From Candidatus Kaiserbacteria bacterium (lineage in GTDB: Bacteria; Patescibacteriota; Minisyncoccia; Phycocordibacterales; SBAW01), in the NCBI GenBank assembly GCA_009691465.1, contig SICK01000001.1, forward strand, positions 24,705 through 88,704: a stretch of 64,000 bases of DNA. Reading direction: 5' to 3'. The position numbers and the translations under genes are program-made. This document shows positions 63,500 through 64,000 of the stretch, one piece after another (within the stretch, counting starts at the first letter, position 1; every line of letters begins with the position of its first letter). The notes below the pieces were generated by a model. That model was given only the letters and a program-made list of their open reading frames with translations, made no database searches and was not told where the DNA came from.

Positions 63500-64000
63500 C
63501 TACGGCAAAAACTTTTTGAACCAGCGCCAGATGTTGGAAAAAAGGTCGGTGATGCTGTGGTGCTCGGCAACCTCGAGGTCATCGCCATTGTTGAACCCCC
63601 ACAACGTCAGTCCGTATGCGACCGCCCACGATGCATCGCGCAACTGCATCTTTTGCGAGGCATCGATGACCGCGGTGCGGCTCGGCAGGCGCAGTACCGC
63701 CTTGGCCAAGTCGGCCGCTGTTTGTATCGAGGAGCCGCCGCCGGTCAAAATCACACCCGCGGGCAGGAGTTCGTCTTTGCCGATTTTGCGCAGGTGCGCT
63801 TCGACCAGTTTAAACATATCGCTGACACGGCGCGCGATGATGTCGTCGATTTTGCGTTTGGGGTACGGGGCGCCTAATACCGCGCCTTGCTTAAGCTGCT
63901 CGGCCTCCTCCGGAGAAATGCGAAGCCCCAGTGCCAGGTCGTTGGTGATGTCGGAGGCGCCGACGGGGAAGACTTTTATAGAAATCGGTACGCTGTCCTC
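63500..64000 (-). CDS. ftsA: Cell division protein FtsA (C-terminal part, 5' end outside the window)
   Basis: Frame open to the window edge (..VGASDITNDLALGLRISPEEAEQLK..VILTGGGS..). C-terminal amphipathic helix LFSNIWRWFKKFL. Confidence 0.85.
   Translation of the reverse strand, partial: EDSVPISIKVFPVGASDITNDLALGLRISPEEAEQLKQGAVLGAPYPKRKIDDIIARRVSDMFKLVEAHLRKIGKDELLPAGVILTGGGSSIQTAADLAKAVLRLPSRTAVIDASQKMQLRDASWAVAYGLTLWGFNNGDDLEVAEHHSITDLFSNIWRWFKKFLP

Overview
This is a gene-dense, GC-rich bacterial chromosomal window. Most genes are housekeeping: ligA, gatCA, prfB, ftsEX, pyrG, typA, a DEAD-box helicase, a cyclophilin, lexA-msrB, a Pif1-like helicase, RNase J, secG, groES-groEL, lemA-htpX, murJ, lepA, valS, tsaD, trxB and ftsZ-ftsA. 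The window also holds 13 tRNAs and an RNase P RNA. Many small membrane or DUF-type proteins, pseudopilin-like genes and a sortase-substrate pair are present. The gene content and compact protein versions suggest a Patescibacteria/CPR-like organism, but that is inference only. Products were called from motifs I recognise in the translations, and no database search was run. I found no CRISPR array, rRNA, transposase or integrase. Observations worth a second look:
- About 20 genes have a -10 hexamer ending 6-7 nt before the ATG and no Shine-Dalgarno sequence, which suggests leaderless mRNAs.
- One promoter-plus-palindrome module (TTCTAG-17 nt-TA[A/G]TA[A/G] with TTTTTGCAAAAA in the spacer) occurs three times around an ArsR-type regulator gene.
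- Three tRNAs have a non-canonical T-loop (T54-G55-C56), and two of them also lack G18G19.
- An AT-richer islet lies next to tRNA-Glu, bounded by 15-nt direct repeats of the tRNA 3' end, with a hairpin-dense non-coding segment. A weaker islet of the same kind lies next to tRNA-Gln.
- A 19-bp perfect inverted repeat sits between the lexA-msrB operon and the Pif1-like helicase.
- A hairpin family sharing the sequence ACCCCGTGAGAT is fused to -10 boxes at two loci.
- The RF2 is compact, has no room for the usual frameshift site, and reads SPY where RF2 normally reads SPF.
- The MutY-like glycosylase contains no cysteine.
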